A stretch of DNA of 64,000 nt, from assembly GCA_046052125.1 (NCBI GenBank), contig JBJOMY010000001.1:64001-128000 (forward strand), given 5' to 3'. The notes beneath the pieces are model-generated. The model was given only the letters and a program-made list of their open reading frames with translations, ran no database searches and was not told the DNA's origin. Positions within the stretch are counted from its first letter, which is position 1; every line of letters starts with the position of its first letter. The translations under genes and the position numbers were made by a program. The stretch is from Cyanobacteriota bacterium (lineage in GTDB: Bacteria > Cyanobacteriota > Cyanobacteriia > PCC-6307 > Cyanobiaceae). Positions 39,033 to 51,191 of the stretch are shown piece after piece.

Positions 39033-40841
39033 ATGAGCGGCGAGCATCCGGGAACCCCGATTCGCAATATTGCAATCATTGCCCACGTTGACCACGGCAA
39101 AACCACCCTGGTGGATGCGCTGCTGGCTCAATCGGGCATCTTCCGCGACAACGAAGCGGTGCCCACCTGCGTGATGGACTCCAACGACCTGGAGCGCGAG
39201 CGCGGCATCACGATCCTCTCCAAGAACACTGCGGTGGACTACGAGGGGATCCGCATCAACATCGTGGACACCCCCGGCCACGCCGACTTCGGTGGAGAGG
39301 TGGAGCGGGTGCTCGGAATGGTGGATGGCTGTCTGCTGATCGTGGACGCCAACGAGGGCCCGATGCCCCAGACGCGTTTCGTGCTCAAGAAGGCGCTGGA
39401 GAAGGGTCTTCGCCCGATCGTGTTCGTGAACAAGATCGACCGTGCCCGTGTTGATCCCGAGCAGGCTGTCGACAAGGTGCTCGACCTGTTCCTGGAGCTG
39501 GGCGCCGACGACGACCAGTGCGATTTCACCTATCTATTCGGCAGCGGCATGGGCGGTTACGCCAAGCCGGATATGAAGACCGAAAGCGACAACATGCGGC
39601 CGCTGTTCGAAGCGATCTTGCGTCATGTTCCGCCGCCGGTGGGTGATCCGGAGAAGCCCCTGCAGCTGCAGGTGACCACCCTCGACTACAGCGATTTCCT
39701 CGGCCGGATCATGATCGGCCGCATCCACAACGGCACGATCAGGGCTGGTCAACCCGTGGCGCTGCTCCGTGATGACGGCAGCGTGAAGCGCGGCCGCATC
39801 AGCAAGCTGCTCGGCTTCCAGGGCCTGCAGCGCGTGGAGATCGAGCAGGCCCGCGCCGGCGATCTCGTGGCCGTGGCCGGTTTCGATGAAGTGAACATCG
39901 GCGAAACCATCGCCTGCCCGGATGAGCCCAAGGCGCTGCCGCTGATCAAGGTGGATGAACCCACCCTGCAGATGACCTTCGTGGTCAACGACTCGCCCTT
40001 CGCCGGTAAGGAAGGCAAGTTCGTGACCAGCCGTCAGGTGCGCGATCGCCTCAACAAGGAACTGCTCACCAACGTGGCGCTGCGGGTGGAAGACACCGAC
40101 TCCCCGGACCGCTGGTCCGTGAGCGGCCGCGGTGAGCTGCACCTGGGCATCCTGATCGAAACGATGCGCCGCGAGGGCTATGAGTTCCAGGTGAGCCAGC
40201 CTCAGGTGATCTTCCGCACCATCGACGGCACCCCCTCCGAGCCGTTCGAAACCCTGGTGCTGGATGTGCCCGAGGAAGCCGTTGGCGCCTGCATCGAGAA
40301 GCTCGGCATCCGCAAGGCCGAGATGCAGAACATGGAGAACACCAACGACGGCCGCACCCAGCTGGAGTTTGTGGTTCCCTCCCGCGGCCTGATCGGCTTC
40401 CGCGGTGAGTTCATCCGCGCCACCCGCGGCGAAGGGATCATGAGCCACTCCTTCCTTGATTACCGCCCGATGCAGGGTGAGTTCGAGACCCGCCGCAACG
40501 GTGTGCTGATCGCCTTCGAAGAGGGCACCGCCACCTTCTATGCCCTCAAGAACGCTGAAGATCGCGGCCAGTTCTTCATCAGCCCCGGCACCAAGGTGTA
40601 CAAGGGCATGCTCGTGGGCGAAAACAACCGCCCTCAGGATCTCGAGATCAACGTCTGCAAAACCAAGCAGCTCACCAACATGCGCTCCGCCGGCGCTGAG
40701 GAACTCGACACCCTGCAGGCGCCGATGCAGATGACCCTCGAGCGCGCGCTCGAGTACATCGGTCCCGACGAGATGCTCGAGGTGACCCCCGAGTCGATCC
40801 GTCTGCGCAAGCTGCCGGCGAAGAAGCCCGCCCGTCGTTGA
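39033..40841 (+). CDS. typA: translational GTPase TypA/BipA
   Basis: [50 protein letters not shown]. Confidence 0.98.
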   Translation: MSGEHPGTPIRNIAIIAHVDHGKTTLVDALLAQSGIFRDNEAVPTCVMDSNDLERERGITILSKNTAVDYEGIRINIVDTPGHADFGGEVERVLGMVDGCLLIVDANEGPMPQTRFVLKKALEKGLRPIVFVNKIDRARVDPEQAVDKVLDLFLELGADDDQCDFTYLFGSGMGGYAKPDMKTESDNMRPLFEAILRHVPPPVGDPEKPLQLQVTTLDYSDFLGRIMIGRIHNGTIRAGQPVALLRDDGSVKRGRISKLLGFQGLQRVEIEQARAGDLVAVAGFDEVNIGETIACPDEPKALPLIKVDEPTLQMTFVVNDSPFAGKEGKFVTSRQVRDRLNKELLTNVALRVEDTDSPDRWSVSGRGELHLGILIETMRREGYEFQVSQPQVIFRTIDGTPSEPFETLVLDVPEEAVGACIEKLGIRKAEMQNMENTNDGRTQLEFVVPSRGLIGFRGEFIRATRGEGIMSHSFLDYRPMQGEFETRRNGVLIAFEEGTATFYALKNAEDRGQFFISPGTKVYKGMLVGENNRPQDLEINVCKTKQLTNMRSAGAEELDTLQAPMQMTLERALEYIGPDEMLEVTPESIRLRKLPAKKPARR

Positions 40842-41221
40842 GCGAGCCCCTCTCAGAGGAACAGAGCCTGATGGCCGATCCCCGCTTCGGGGACGCCGTC
40901 AGGCTTTTTAATGCCGGTGAGTGGTACGCCTGCCACGACGGCTTCGAGGAGCTCTGGCATGAAACCCAGGCCCCCTGCCGCAAGGTGCTGCAGGGAATCC
41001 TTCAGATCGCCGTGGCGCACCTGCACTTGGAGCGCGGCAACCGTCGTGGCGCCACGGTGTTGCTGGGTGAGGGCCTCGGGCGCCTGCAGGGAGCAGGAGA
41101 TGTGTGTTTTGGCCTCGATCTGACCCTGCTGCGCCAGCGCTCCCGCGATCGCTTGCTGGCCCTTCAGCAGGAGCAGGATCCCGATGCCTTGCCCTTGCCA
41201 GCGCTCAGCCCTGCAGCCTGA
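40838..41221 (+). CDS. DUF309 domain protein
   Basis: LFNAGEWYACHDGFEELW, QGILQIAVA. Confidence 0.88.
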   Translation: MSEPLSEEQSLMADPRFGDAVRLFNAGEWYACHDGFEELWHETQAPCRKVLQGILQIAVAHLHLERGNRRGATVLLGEGLGRLQGAGDVCFGLDLTLLRQRSRDRLLALQQEQDPDALPLPALSPAA

Positions 41222-41303
41222 AAGGCCTGATGCGCCAGGCGAACTGAGCGATACGATACGGAAACTTCAAGAGCGGGGAGCGGGCTTGGCCGCAGCGCGC
41301 AGC

Positions 41304-41855
41304 ATGCCCAGATCTCTCGCGCTCCTGGCCGCGGTTCTGGGGTTCACACCATCAGTGTTCGCCCAGGTGAGCGCGACGGGTGCCTCACTGATCCCCGCTG
41401 CGTCCTCGGCCACGCAGGCTGCCCCTGCGACTCCCGCCCAGCCAGCCCGTGTGAGCACTGGCTTGGTCACGATTGAATCGGATCTACAGCGCGCCGATCA
41501 GCTCACCGGTGTGGTGACCGCCACCGGCAATGTGCGCATCGTGTACCCAGATGAACGGGTGGTGGCCACCGCCCGCCAAGCCCAGTACTTCAGCAAAGAG
41601 AACCGGGTGGTGCTCAGCGGCGATGTCGACATCGTTCAGGAAGGCGGCAACCTGATCCGCGCTGAGCGGGTGGTGTATCTGGTGGATGGCGAGCGGCTGA
41701 TCGCCATCCCGCCTGAAGGTCAGCAGGTGTTCAGTCGGCTGAAGATCCAACAGCAACAGACCCCTCCAACCACTGCAACTGCCCCTGCTGGTTCCTCGCC
41801 CGCTCCAACGACACCAGCGCCTGGCGGGCAGGTTTCGCCGACCGCGCAGCCATGA
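41304..41855 (+). CDS. lptA: LptA/OstA family protein
   Basis: Signal peptide; TIESDLQ, ATGNVRIVY, LSGDV beta-jellyroll pattern; upstream of lptB. Confidence 0.8.
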   Translation: MPRSLALLAAVLGFTPSVFAQVSATGASLIPAASSATQAAPATPAQPARVSTGLVTIESDLQRADQLTGVVTATGNVRIVYPDERVVATARQAQYFSKENRVVLSGDVDIVQEGGNLIRAERVVYLVDGERLIAIPPEGQQVFSRLKIQQQQTPPTTATAPAGSSPAPTTPAPGGQVSPTAQP

Positions 41856-42580
41856 GTTTGGTGCTGGATCACGTGGCGCTCACGATTGCTGGGCGGCCGC
41901 TGGTGAAGCAGGTGAGCCTCAACCTCAATCCCGGTGAGGTGGTGGGGTTACTTGGGCCTAATGGCGCCGGCAAAACCACCACGTTCAACCTGGTGACCGG
42001 CCTGCTGCGCCCGGATTCGGGTCAGGTGCAGATGGATGGCCAGGCGGTGGCTGAACTGTCGATGCCGGAGCGGGCCCGCCTGGGGATTGGCTACCTGCCC
42101 CAAGAGGCCAGCGTGTTCCGCAACCTCAGCGTGCACGACAACCTGATGCTCGCCCTGCAGGAAAGCGGGGCGCCCAAGGCCCAGCGTCGCGAACGGGTGG
42201 AGCAGCTGGTGGACGATTTCCATCTGCGCCCCTTTGCCCAGCGCCGCGGTTTTCAGCTCTCCGGCGGTGAGCGGCGACGCTGCGAGGTGGCGCGGGCCCT
42301 GGCCGTGGGCGAGCAGGGGCCGCGCTACCTGCTGCTCGATGAACCCTTTGCCGGGGTGGATCCTCTGGCGGTGGCCGATCTCCAGGGCCTGATCGCCCGC
42401 CTGCGCGATCGCGGCATGGGGATCCTGATCACCGATCACAACGTGCGCGAAACCCTGGCGATCACGGATCGGGCCTACATCCTCACGGAGGGCAGCATCC
42501 TGGCCAGCGGTCCCTCGCGCGAGATGGCCAACGATCCGCTGGTGCGGCGCCACTACCTCGGGGAGGACTTTCGCCTGTGA
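41852..42580 (+). CDS. lptB: LPS export ABC transporter ATP-binding protein
   Basis: GPNGAGKTT, GYLPQEASVF, LSGGERRR, DEPFAGVDP, TDHNVRETL. Confidence 0.96.
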   Translation: MSLVLDHVALTIAGRPLVKQVSLNLNPGEVVGLLGPNGAGKTTTFNLVTGLLRPDSGQVQMDGQAVAELSMPERARLGIGYLPQEASVFRNLSVHDNLMLALQESGAPKAQRRERVEQLVDDFHLRPFAQRRGFQLSGGERRRCEVARALAVGEQGPRYLLLDEPFAGVDPLAVADLQGLIARLRDRGMGILITDHNVRETLAITDRAYILTEGSILASGPSREMANDPLVRRHYLGEDFRL

Positions 42581-43785
42581 GCGCCGCTTCCTCCCTGCTT
42601 CAACCGCTGCAGCGGCAGTGGCAACGGTTGATTCGCCAGTGGCAGCGCTTGCCGCTGATGGATCGCTGGCTCTCCTCAGAGCTCTTGGGACCTCTGTTGT
42701 TTGGCATCGCCGCGTTCACGGCGGTGTCGCTCTCGGTGGGGGTGGTGTTCGAGCTGGTGCGCAAGGTGGCCGAGGCCGGCCTGCCCCCACTGGTGGCCAT
42801 GCAGGTGCTCGGCTTGCGCTTGCCGGGTTTCCTGGTGCTCTCCTTCCCGATGGCCACCTTGATGGCCACGTTGCTCGCCTTCAGCCGCCTGTCGAGCTCA
42901 AGCGAACTCACGGCGCTGCGCAGCATCGGTGTGCCCACCTGGCGGATGGTGGTTCCAGCCCTGGCCGTGGCCGCGCTGATGACCGTGCTCACGTTTGTGT
43001 TCAACGATGTGATCGTGCCGAGCGCCAACCTCGCTGCCGCCGACACCCTCGATTCAGCCCTGGGCCGCTCGATTGCCGCTGAACGGGGCGACAACGTGGT
43101 GTATTCCCGCTACGCGCAGATCACCACCACCGACGAAGACGGCAAAGAGCGCAGCAGCAACGATCTGGCGCAGCTGTTTTATTCGCGCCGCTTCCGCGAA
43201 GGAAAGATGTACGAGGTGACCCTGGTGGATTTCACCAAGGCTGGTCACCAGCAGCTGCTCATCGCCAAAACGGGTGTGTGGAATGAGCCGCGCAGCATGT
43301 GGGAGTTCCGCGATGGCCGCATCGTGGATATCGACAGCGCCAACAACCGCACCACCTCAGCGGATTTCGATCGCTACTTCTATCCCTTCACCAAGGCCCC
43401 CCTTGATGTGGGCAAGCTCCCCAGCGACGCGGCCCAGATGACGGTGGCCCAGGCCTGGCGGGCTGAGGCGTTGCTGCAGCAGGCCGGTGATCGCAAGGAA
43501 GCGCGGCGCCTGCGGGTGCGGATTCAGGAGAAATTCGCCTTCCCGGCGATCTGTCTGGTGTTCGGGTTGATCGGCAGCAGCCTGGGGGTGCGGCCCAATG
43601 CCCGCACCAGTCGCAGCCAGGGCTTCGGGATCAGCGTGCTGCTGATCTTTGGTTACTACTTGATGTCGTTCATCTTCAGCTCCCTGGGGATTAAAGGCAC
43701 CCTGATGCCCTTCTTCGCCGCCTGGATGCCGGTGTTCATCGGCCTGGGCGGTGGTTTGGTGCTGTTGAGACAGGCCAGTCGGTAG
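42577..43785 (+). CDS. LptF/LptG family permease
   Basis: [25 protein letters not shown]; 3+3 TM architecture. Confidence 0.9.
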   Translation: MSAASSLLQPLQRQWQRLIRQWQRLPLMDRWLSSELLGPLLFGIAAFTAVSLSVGVVFELVRKVAEAGLPPLVAMQVLGLRLPGFLVLSFPMATLMATLLAFSRLSSSSELTALRSIGVPTWRMVVPALAVAALMTVLTFVFNDVIVPSANLAAADTLDSALGRSIAAERGDNVVYSRYAQITTTDEDGKERSSNDLAQLFYSRRFREGKMYEVTLVDFTKAGHQQLLIAKTGVWNEPRSMWEFRDGRIVDIDSANNRTTSADFDRYFYPFTKAPLDVGKLPSDAAQMTVAQAWRAEALLQQAGDRKEARRLRVRIQEKFAFPAICLVFGLIGSSLGVRPNARTSRSQGFGISVLLIFGYYLMSFIFSSLGIKGTLMPFFAAWMPVFIGLGGGLVLLRQASR

Positions 43786-43817
43786 CCCACACTTCACGGC
43801 AGACTGGCGAGCAACCT

Positions 43818-44759
43818 TTGCGTTCTTCGCCCCCCTTCGTGACCGATCCGGTTCTGGCCCTTGGCCTCGGCGCCTTTGCCTTGCTGTTGCTGGCGCTTCC
43901 TGTGGCGTTCTGGAGTGTGAGTGGCTCCGGCCAGGGCAGTCAGGCTGTGCGGCTGATGGTGGCGGCTGCCAACCTCGCCCTCACCGCCCAGCTGGTGTTG
44001 CGTTGGTGGCAGTCGGGCCACTTCCCGATCAGCAACCTCTACGAATCGCTCTGCTTCTTGGCCTGGGCCTGCACCCTCACCCAGCTGTTGGTGGAGCGCA
44101 GCTACCCCTCGCCAATCGTGGCGGCTGCGGCTACACCAATGGGCCTGGGCTGTGTGGCCTTCGCCAGCTTTGCCTTGCCTGATCAGCTGCAGCAGGCCGC
44201 ACCGCTGGTGCCTGCCCTGCGCTCCAGCTGGCTGGTGATGCACGTGAGCGTGATCATGGTGAGTTACGCCGCCCTGTTGGTGGGCTCGCTGCTCTCCCTG
44301 GCGGTGCTGTTCACCGATCGCGGCCAGGAGTTGGAACTGCGCAGCAGCTCCATTGGCAGTGGCGCGTTCCGCCAGGCCAGCCTTGCGGTGGATGGCGGCT
44401 CCGCCGGCGGCCTGCAGCTCAGTAGCGCCAGCCTGTCGCTCAGCGAGCAACTCGACAGCCTCAGCTACCGCACGATCACCGTGGGCTTTCTGTTGCTCTC
44501 GATTGGCATCGTGAGTGGCGCCGTGTGGGCCAACGAGGCCTGGGGCACCTGGTGGAGCTGGGATCCCAAGGAAACCTGGGCCCTGATCTGCTGGTTGGTG
44601 TATGCCGCTTACTTGCACACGCGCCTGAGCCGCGGCTGGCAGGGGCGCCGCCCGGCGATGGTGGCCGTGGCCGGCCTGGTGGTGATTTGCGTTTGCTACA
44701 TCGGCGTGAACCTCCTGGGCATCGGCCTGCACAGCTACGGCTGGTTCCTTAGCGCCTGA
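43818..44759 (+). CDS. ccsB: cytochrome c biogenesis protein CcsB (CcsA/Ycf5)
   Basis: [42 protein letters not shown]. Confidence 0.96.
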   Translation: MRSSPPFVTDPVLALGLGAFALLLLALPVAFWSVSGSGQGSQAVRLMVAAANLALTAQLVLRWWQSGHFPISNLYESLCFLAWACTLTQLLVERSYPSPIVAAAATPMGLGCVAFASFALPDQLQQAAPLVPALRSSWLVMHVSVIMVSYAALLVGSLLSLAVLFTDRGQELELRSSSIGSGAFRQASLAVDGGSAGGLQLSSASLSLSEQLDSLSYRTITVGFLLLSIGIVSGAVWANEAWGTWWSWDPKETWALICWLVYAAYLHTRLSRGWQGRRPAMVAVAGLVVICVCYIGVNLLGIGLHSYGWFLSA

Positions 44760-44800
44760 TCGCCTGACAGGGCATCGACCGAATCAACCCTGAACAGCGA

Positions 44801-44839
44801 AAAACCCCGCTCTGTACAAGCCGTACAGAGCGGGGTTTT
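44801..44839. terminator. bidirectional terminator between ccsB and rpe
   Basis: Perfect 17-bp inverted repeat AAAACCCCGCTCTGTAC-AAGCC-GTACAGAGCGGGGTTTT. Confidence 0.88.
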
Positions 44840-44914
44840 GTTCTGATTGCCCTTTCGCAAGTCCGCGGCAGGCCGGAAAGGCCCCCGCGAGACTGGATCT
44901 GGGCGCTGTTGTGA

Positions 44915-45598
44915 TCAGGCCGCCACGGCCACGGGGCGCTTGCTGTTGCGGATGCCGGTGATGGCATCGGCGTAGCTGGGCTGGTTGAACACGCCCGAGC
45001 CGCTCACGATGGCATTGGCACCGGCTTCGATCACCTTCCAGGCGTTCTCGGCCTTGATGCCGCCATCCACTTCGATCCAGGGGTCGAGGCCGCGCTCATC
45101 GCACATGCGGCGCAGGTCGCGGATCTTCTGCACCTGGTTCTCGATGAAGCTCTGGCCGCCGAAACCGGGGTTCACGCTCATCACCAGCACCAGGTCGCAC
45201 AGCTCAAGGCAGTACTCGAGGGTGTCGATCGGGGTGCCAGGGTTGAGTACGGCGCCGGCCATCTTGCCGAGGTCCTTGATCTGGGCCAGGTTGCGGTGCA
45301 GGTGGGTGCAGGCTTCCACTTGCACAGAAATGATGTCGGCGCCGGCCTTCGCAAAGTCGGCCACATATTTCTCGGGCTCCACGATCATCAGGTGCACATC
45401 CAGCGGCTTCTGGGTCACCGGGCGCAGGGCCTCAACGATCAGGGGGCCGATGGTGATGTTGGGCACGAAGCGGCCATCCATCACATCCACGTGAATCCAG
45501 TCGGCACCGGCCTGATCCACAGCGCGCACGTCTTCGCCGAGGCGGGAGAAATCGGCCGAAAGGATCGACGGCGAGATCACCAGGGGTTTGGTGCTCAT
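44915..45598 (-). CDS. rpe: ribulose-phosphate 3-epimerase
   Basis: [31 protein letters not shown]. Confidence 0.98.
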   Translation of the reverse strand: MSTKPLVISPSILSADFSRLGEDVRAVDQAGADWIHVDVMDGRFVPNITIGPLIVEALRPVTQKPLDVHLMIVEPEKYVADFAKAGADIISVQVEACTHLHRNLAQIKDLGKMAGAVLNPGTPIDTLEYCLELCDLVLVMSVNPGFGGQSFIENQVQKIRDLRRMCDERGLDPWIEVDGGIKAENAWKVIEAGANAIVSGSGVFNQPSYADAITGIRNSKRPVAVAA

Positions 45599-45831
45599 GG
45601 CAGCGCTGCTGGCAGGGGAGATGGGCGATTGTAGGAATGCACCTTCCAAGGGCCTTGGATGGGCGCTTGCTGGTGCTCGAATCCCCTTTGGAAGCACTGA
45701 TACAGTGAGCGGCGCTTCAAGCCTGAAAGGCCTTGGTGTTGCTGGCCGAACCGGCTGTTTACGCGGTTCCGGCGGTCACGATCCCAAGCACCTCCTGGCG
45801 TTGACCTCCCCTTCCCTTCGCTGCACCGCCT

Positions 45832-46836
45832 GTGGATCGCACCCTGATTCAAGAAATTCTCGAGGTTGTTGAGCAGGCAGGCATCGCTTCCGCCAAGCTC
45901 ACCGGCATGGGCCTCAAGAACGAGGCTGACGCCGCCGCCGTGGAGGCGATGCGCGAGCGCATGTACAAGATCCAGATGCAGGGCCGCATCGTGATCGGCG
46001 AGGGCGAGCGCGACGAAGCGCCGATGCTCTACATCGGTGAGGAAGTGGGCAGCGGCACCGGCCCCGGCGTTGACTTCGCTGTGGACCCCTGCGAAGGCAC
46101 CAACCTCTGCGCCAACAGCCAGCGCGGTTCGATGGCCGTGTTGGCCGCTTCCGACCGCGGTGGTCTGTTCAACGCCCCCGACTTCTACATGAAGAAGCTG
46201 GCTGCTCCCCCGGCCGCCAAGGGCAAGGTGGACATCCGCAAGTCGGCCACCGAGAACATCAAGATCCTGAGCGAGTGCCTCGGCCTCCCCGCTGAAGAGC
46301 TCGTGATCGTGGTGATGGACCGCGCCCGTCACAAGGATCTGATCAAGGAGATCCGCGCCACCGGCGCCCGCGTGCAGCCCATCTCCGATGGCGATGTGCA
46401 GGCCGCCATCGCCTGTGGTTTCACCGGCACCGGCACCCACTGCCTGATGGGCATCGGCGCCGCTCCCGAAGGCGTGATCTCCGCCGCCGCCCTGCGCGCC
46501 CTGGGTGCTCACTTCCAGGGTCAGCTGGTGTACGACCCGGCCGTGGCTCAGACCTCCGAATGGGAAGGTCTCACCAAGGAAGGCAACCTGGCCCGCCTGG
46601 CCGAGATGGGCATCACCGATCCCGACCGCGTCTACGAAGCTGAAGAGCTGGCCTGCGGCGAGAACGTGGTGTTCGCTGCCACCGGCATCACCGATGGTCT
46701 GCTGTTCGACGGCGTGAAGTTCGAGAAGGACTGCACTCGCACCAGCTCCCTGGTGATCAGCACCCTGGACAACACCGCACGCTTCACCACCACCGTGCAC
46801 ATCAAGGACGGCGCCCAGAGCATCGCTCTGCGCTGA
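45832..46836 (+). CDS. glpX: fructose-1,6-/sedoheptulose-1,7-bisphosphatase class II
   Basis: [35 protein letters not shown]. Confidence 0.98.
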   Translation: MDRTLIQEILEVVEQAGIASAKLTGMGLKNEADAAAVEAMRERMYKIQMQGRIVIGEGERDEAPMLYIGEEVGSGTGPGVDFAVDPCEGTNLCANSQRGSMAVLAASDRGGLFNAPDFYMKKLAAPPAAKGKVDIRKSATENIKILSECLGLPAEELVIVVMDRARHKDLIKEIRATGARVQPISDGDVQAAIACGFTGTGTHCLMGIGAAPEGVISAAALRALGAHFQGQLVYDPAVAQTSEWEGLTKEGNLARLAEMGITDPDRVYEAEELACGENVVFAATGITDGLLFDGVKFEKDCTRTSSLVISTLDNTARFTTTVHIKDGAQSIALR

Positions 46837-46922
46837 TCTCCCAAGCTCCGGCCGGGTTGCTCCTCAGCGGGGGCAACCCGGCTTCCGCTTTGTTCCGTCC
46901 TTCACAGACCAGTCCCGCCTCC

Positions 46923-48227
46923 ATGCACATCGCCGTCGTCGGCCTCAGTCACCGCACGGCCCCGGTGGAGATCCGGGAACGGCTCAGCATTGCTGAGCAG
47001 GCCATGGAGGAGTCGCTGCAGCGCCTGCGCGCCAGCGACGATGTGCTCGAGGCCTCGATCCTCAGCACCTGCAATCGACTGGAGATCTACACCCTGCTGC
47101 GTCATCCCGAGCTGGGGGTGAACGCCGTGGGGACCTTCCTCAGCAATCACTCGGGGCTTGAGCTGGAGCAGCTCACTCCCCACCTGTTCACCTACCACCA
47201 CGAAGAGGCGGTGGCGCACCTGATGCGAGTTGCCGCTGGCCTCGATTCGCTCGTATTGGGCGAGGGCCAGATCCTCTCCCAGGTGAAGAAGATGGTGCGC
47301 CTCGGCCAGGAGCACCGCTCCATCGGCCCGATCCTCAATCGGCTCCTCACCCAGGCGGTGAGCACCGGCAAACGGGTGCGCAGTGAAACCAACCTCGGCA
47401 CCGGCGCGGTGTCGATCAGTTCGGCTGCTGTGGAGCTGGCCCAACTGAAGGTGGGCCAGGCCCGCGGTGTCGACGATCTGGTCCCCCTCGATCAGGAACA
47501 GATCGCCGTGGTGGGCGCCGGCCGCATGGCCCGGCTGCTGCTGCAACACCTGCAGGCCAAGGGGGCCCGGGGTGTGGTGCTGCTCAACCGCACGGTGGAG
47601 CGCGCTGAGCAGATGGCCACCGACTTTCCGGGGCTGCCTGTGCAATGCCGGCCGCTCACCGATCTCGATCACTGCCTGAGCACCTGCTCGCTGGTGTTCA
47701 CCAGCACCGGCGCCGACGATCCGATCATCACGTCCGAACGGCTTGAGAAGCTCAACCGCCGCTCCTCGCTGATGCTGGTGGATATCGGCGTGCCCCGCAA
47801 CATCGCCGCCGGTGTCGGCGAGCTCAGCGGCGTGGACTCCTACGACGTGGACGACCTCCAGGAGGTGGTGGCCCGCAACCAAGAGGCCCGTCGCGAGATT
47901 GCCGCAGAAGCCGAAGGCATGCTCCGCCAGGAGGGGCGCGACTTTCTTGATTGGTGGGATGGCCTTGAGGCTGTGCCCCTGGCCAATCGCCTGCGCACCC
48001 AGCTCGAGGAGATCCGCGAACAGGAGCTGCAGAAGGCCCTGAGCCGCATGGGCCCGGACCTCTCAGCCCGCGAGCGCAAGGTGGTGGAGGCCCTGAGCAA
48101 GGGCATCATCAACAAGATCCTGCACACCCCTGTGACCAACCTGCGGGCACCGCAGCCGCGGCAGCAAAGGCACCAAGCGATGAAGGTGCTCGAGGAGTTG
48201 TTCGAGCTGCAAGAGCCCCAGGAGTGA
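46923..48227 (+). CDS. hemA: glutamyl-tRNA reductase
   Basis: GLSHRTAPVEIRE, STCNRLE, GLDSLVLGEGQIL, GAGRM, DIGVPRN. Confidence 0.98.
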   Translation: MHIAVVGLSHRTAPVEIRERLSIAEQAMEESLQRLRASDDVLEASILSTCNRLEIYTLLRHPELGVNAVGTFLSNHSGLELEQLTPHLFTYHHEEAVAHLMRVAAGLDSLVLGEGQILSQVKKMVRLGQEHRSIGPILNRLLTQAVSTGKRVRSETNLGTGAVSISSAAVELAQLKVGQARGVDDLVPLDQEQIAVVGAGRMARLLLQHLQAKGARGVVLLNRTVERAEQMATDFPGLPVQCRPLTDLDHCLSTCSLVFTSTGADDPIITSERLEKLNRRSSLMLVDIGVPRNIAAGVGELSGVDSYDVDDLQEVVARNQEARREIAAEAEGMLRQEGRDFLDWWDGLEAVPLANRLRTQLEEIREQELQKALSRMGPDLSARERKVVEALSKGIINKILHTPVTNLRAPQPRQQRHQAMKVLEELFELQEPQE

Positions 48228-48346
48228 GCGGCTGAGGCTGCGCTTGTGACGCGGCCTTTCGGTTTTCAGCCAATCTGCTCAGAAGGCTTTCGGTCCGGCC
48301 ATTGCTTCGCCTACCGTGCTGGCGCCCAAGGCACAAGGGATCAGGT

Positions 48347-49642
48347 ATGAAGCGCGTTCTGGCGATCATTCTCGGCGGCGGAGCCGGCACGCGCCTCTAC
48401 CCGCTCACCAAGATGCGCGCCAAGCCTGCCGTGCCTCTGGCTGGTAAATATCGATTGATTGATATTCCGATCAGTAATTGCATCAACTCAGGCATCAACA
48501 AGATGTATGTGTTGACGCAGTTCAATAGCGCCTCGCTCAACCGTCACCTCACCCAGAGCTACAACCTCTCCTCTGGGTTTGGTCAGGGTTTTGTGGAGGT
48601 GTTAGCAGCTCAGCAGACGCCCGATAGCCCCAGCTGGTTTGAAGGCACCGCCGATGCCGTTCGCAAATACCAGTGGTTGTTCCAGGAATGGGACGTGGAC
48701 CACTACCTGATCCTCTCCGGTGACCAGCTCTACCGGATGGATTACTCCACCTTCGTAGACCATCACATCAAAACTGGCGCTGACGTGAGCATCGGCGCCC
48801 TGCCGGTGGATGCCGCCCAGGCCGAGGGCTTCGGCTTGATGCACACCAACGACCACGGCCGCATCCAGGAGTTCCGCGAGAAGCCCAAGGGTGAGGAACT
48901 CAAGGCGATGTGGGTGGATACCTCACGTCTCGGGTTGTCATCGGATGAGGCGCTGAAGCGGCCCTATCTGGCCTCGATGGGCATCTACGTGTTCAGCCGT
49001 GACACGCTGTTTGATCTGCTGGCCAAAAACCCCGGCGCCACCGACTTCGGTAAGGAGATCATTCCCGAATCCCTGAGGCGTGGCGACCATCTGCAGAGCT
49101 TCCTGTTCGACGACTACTGGGAAGACATCGGCACCATCGGCGCCTTCTACGAGGCCAACCTGGCGCTCACCGATCAACCGAACCCGGCCTTCTCCTTCTA
49201 CGACGAACAGTTCCCGATCTACACCCGTCCCCGTTACCTGCCCCCCAGCAAACTGCTGGATGCGCAGGTGACCCAATCGATCATCGGCGAAGGCTCGATG
49301 CTCAAGGCCTGCAGCATTCACCACTGCGTGCTCGGCGTGCGTACTCGCGTGGAAGACGAAGCGGTGCTTCAGGACACCCTGGTAATGGGCAACGACTTCT
49401 TTGAATCCAGCGAAGAGCGCGCGGTGCTGCGGGAGCGCGGCGGCACTCCCCTGGGTGTCGGCCGCGGTACGACGGTGAAGCGGGCCATCCTCGATAAGAA
49501 CGTGCGCATCGGGCGCGACGTGACGATCGTGAACAAGGACCGCGTGGAAGAGGCTGATCGCCCTGAGCTCGGCTTCTACATCCGCAACGGGATCGTGGTG
49601 GTGGAGAAGAACGCCACCATCGCCGACGGCACGGTCATCTGA
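48347..49642 (+). CDS. glgC: glucose-1-phosphate adenylyltransferase
   Basis: [42 protein letters not shown]. Confidence 0.99.
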   Translation: MKRVLAIILGGGAGTRLYPLTKMRAKPAVPLAGKYRLIDIPISNCINSGINKMYVLTQFNSASLNRHLTQSYNLSSGFGQGFVEVLAAQQTPDSPSWFEGTADAVRKYQWLFQEWDVDHYLILSGDQLYRMDYSTFVDHHIKTGADVSIGALPVDAAQAEGFGLMHTNDHGRIQEFREKPKGEELKAMWVDTSRLGLSSDEALKRPYLASMGIYVFSRDTLFDLLAKNPGATDFGKEIIPESLRRGDHLQSFLFDDYWEDIGTIGAFYEANLALTDQPNPAFSFYDEQFPIYTRPRYLPPSKLLDAQVTQSIIGEGSMLKACSIHHCVLGVRTRVEDEAVLQDTLVMGNDFFESSEERAVLRERGGTPLGVGRGTTVKRAILDKNVRIGRDVTIVNKDRVEEADRPELGFYIRNGIVVVEKNATIADGTVI

Positions 49643-49761
49643 TCGGTGGATCTGCCACCTGTGATCTGATCCCCACACACACAGGTGGCAGTTGGCAACA
49701 GTGAGGCTGCACAAGGCTGCAGCCTCGCCACACTGAGCCAAACAGTGTCCGCAAGCGCGTC

Positions 49762-51177
49762 ATGGACAAGGCCCATTTCGGTCTGATTGGTCTCGGTGTG
49801 ATGGGCGAGAACCTTGTGCTCAATGCGGAGCGCAATGGCTTCTCCAGCGTGGTGTACAACCGCACCTACGCCAAGACAGAGGAGTTCCTCAACGGTCGTG
49901 GCGCCGGCAAGCAGATCATCGGCGCCACCAGCCTCGAAGATTTCGTTAGCAAGCTGCAGCGCCCCCGCCGCATCTTGATGATGATCAAGGCGGGCGATCC
50001 GATCGACGCCATGATTCAGCAGATCTCACCGCTGCTGGAGGAGGACGATCTGTTGATCGACGGCGGCAACTCCCTCTACACCGACACGGAGCGGCGCGTC
50101 GCCGAGCTTGAGAGCAAGAGCTTTGGCTACATCGGCATGGGCGTCTCCGGTGGCGCCAAAGGTGCTTTAGAGGGGCCGAGCATGATGCCCGGCGGCACCA
50201 AAGCGGCCTACGACGCGATCGAGAGCCTGGTGCGCAAGATGGCCGCCCAGGTCGACGATGGCCCCTGCGTTACCTACATCGGTCCTGGTGGTGCCGGCCA
50301 CTTCGTGAAGACCGTGCACAACGGCATCGAATACGGGATCGAGCAGATCCTCGCTGAGGCCTACGACCTGATGAAACGCGGCGCCGGCATGAACGGCGAG
50401 GCGATGGCCGATGTGCTCAAGCAGTGGAACGCCACCGAAGAGTTGTCGTCGTTCCTGGTGGAGATCACGGAGATCTGCCTGCGCACCAAGGATCCCGCCG
50501 ATGGCGGCGACCTGGTGGAGAAGATCGTGGATGCCGCTGGCCAGAAGGGCACGGGCCTCTGGACCGTGGAGAGCGCCCTGCAGATGGGTGTGCCCGTGCC
50601 CACTATTTACGCCGCGCTGAACGCCCGGGTGCTGAGCTCCATGCGCAAAGAGCGCATGGCTGCCGAATCCCAGCTGGCACCGCCGGCCTCTCGCACCATG
50701 ACCCTCGGCTCCCCCGCCGATGCCATGGCGCCGTTGATGGATGCCTGCGTGCTCGCCTGCATCGCCAGCTACGCCCAGGGCATGGCGCTGCTGCAGGAGG
50801 CCTCATCGCTGCACAACTACAACCTCGACATGTCGGCGATTGGGCAGATCTGGAAGGGGGGCTGCATCATTCGCGCCCGCCTGCTGCAGCGCATCCAGAA
50901 CGCCTACACCGCCAAGTCTGATCTGCCCAACCTGATGGTGGATCCCTGGTTCGCCGATCAGATCCGTCGCCGTATCGGCGGCCTGCGCCAGGTGGTGGCG
51001 GGAGCCGCCCAGGCCGGCATCCCTGTGCCCTGCCTGAGCAGCTCGCTCGATTACATCGACAGCTACTTCACCGGCCGCTTGCCCCAGAACCTGGTGCAGG
51101 CGATGCGCGACTGCTTCGGCTCCCACACCTATGAGCGTGTGGATCAGCCGGGTGCCTTCCACACCGAGTGGATGTGA
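49762..51177 (+). CDS. gnd: 6-phosphogluconate dehydrogenase (NADP+)
   Basis: GLIGLGVMG, IDGGN, VKTVHNGIEY, QKGTG, RDCFGSHTY. Confidence 0.98.
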   Translation: MDKAHFGLIGLGVMGENLVLNAERNGFSSVVYNRTYAKTEEFLNGRGAGKQIIGATSLEDFVSKLQRPRRILMMIKAGDPIDAMIQQISPLLEEDDLLIDGGNSLYTDTERRVAELESKSFGYIGMGVSGGAKGALEGPSMMPGGTKAAYDAIESLVRKMAAQVDDGPCVTYIGPGGAGHFVKTVHNGIEYGIEQILAEAYDLMKRGAGMNGEAMADVLKQWNATEELSSFLVEITEICLRTKDPADGGDLVEKIVDAAGQKGTGLWTVESALQMGVPVPTIYAALNARVLSSMRKERMAAESQLAPPASRTMTLGSPADAMAPLMDACVLACIASYAQGMALLQEASSLHNYNLDMSAIGQIWKGGCIIRARLLQRIQNAYTAKSDLPNLMVDPWFADQIRRRIGGLRQVVAGAAQAGIPVPCLSSSLDYIDSYFTGRLPQNLVQAMRDCFGSHTYERVDQPGAFHTEWM

Positions 51178-51191
51178 GCGGGGCCAAGCCG

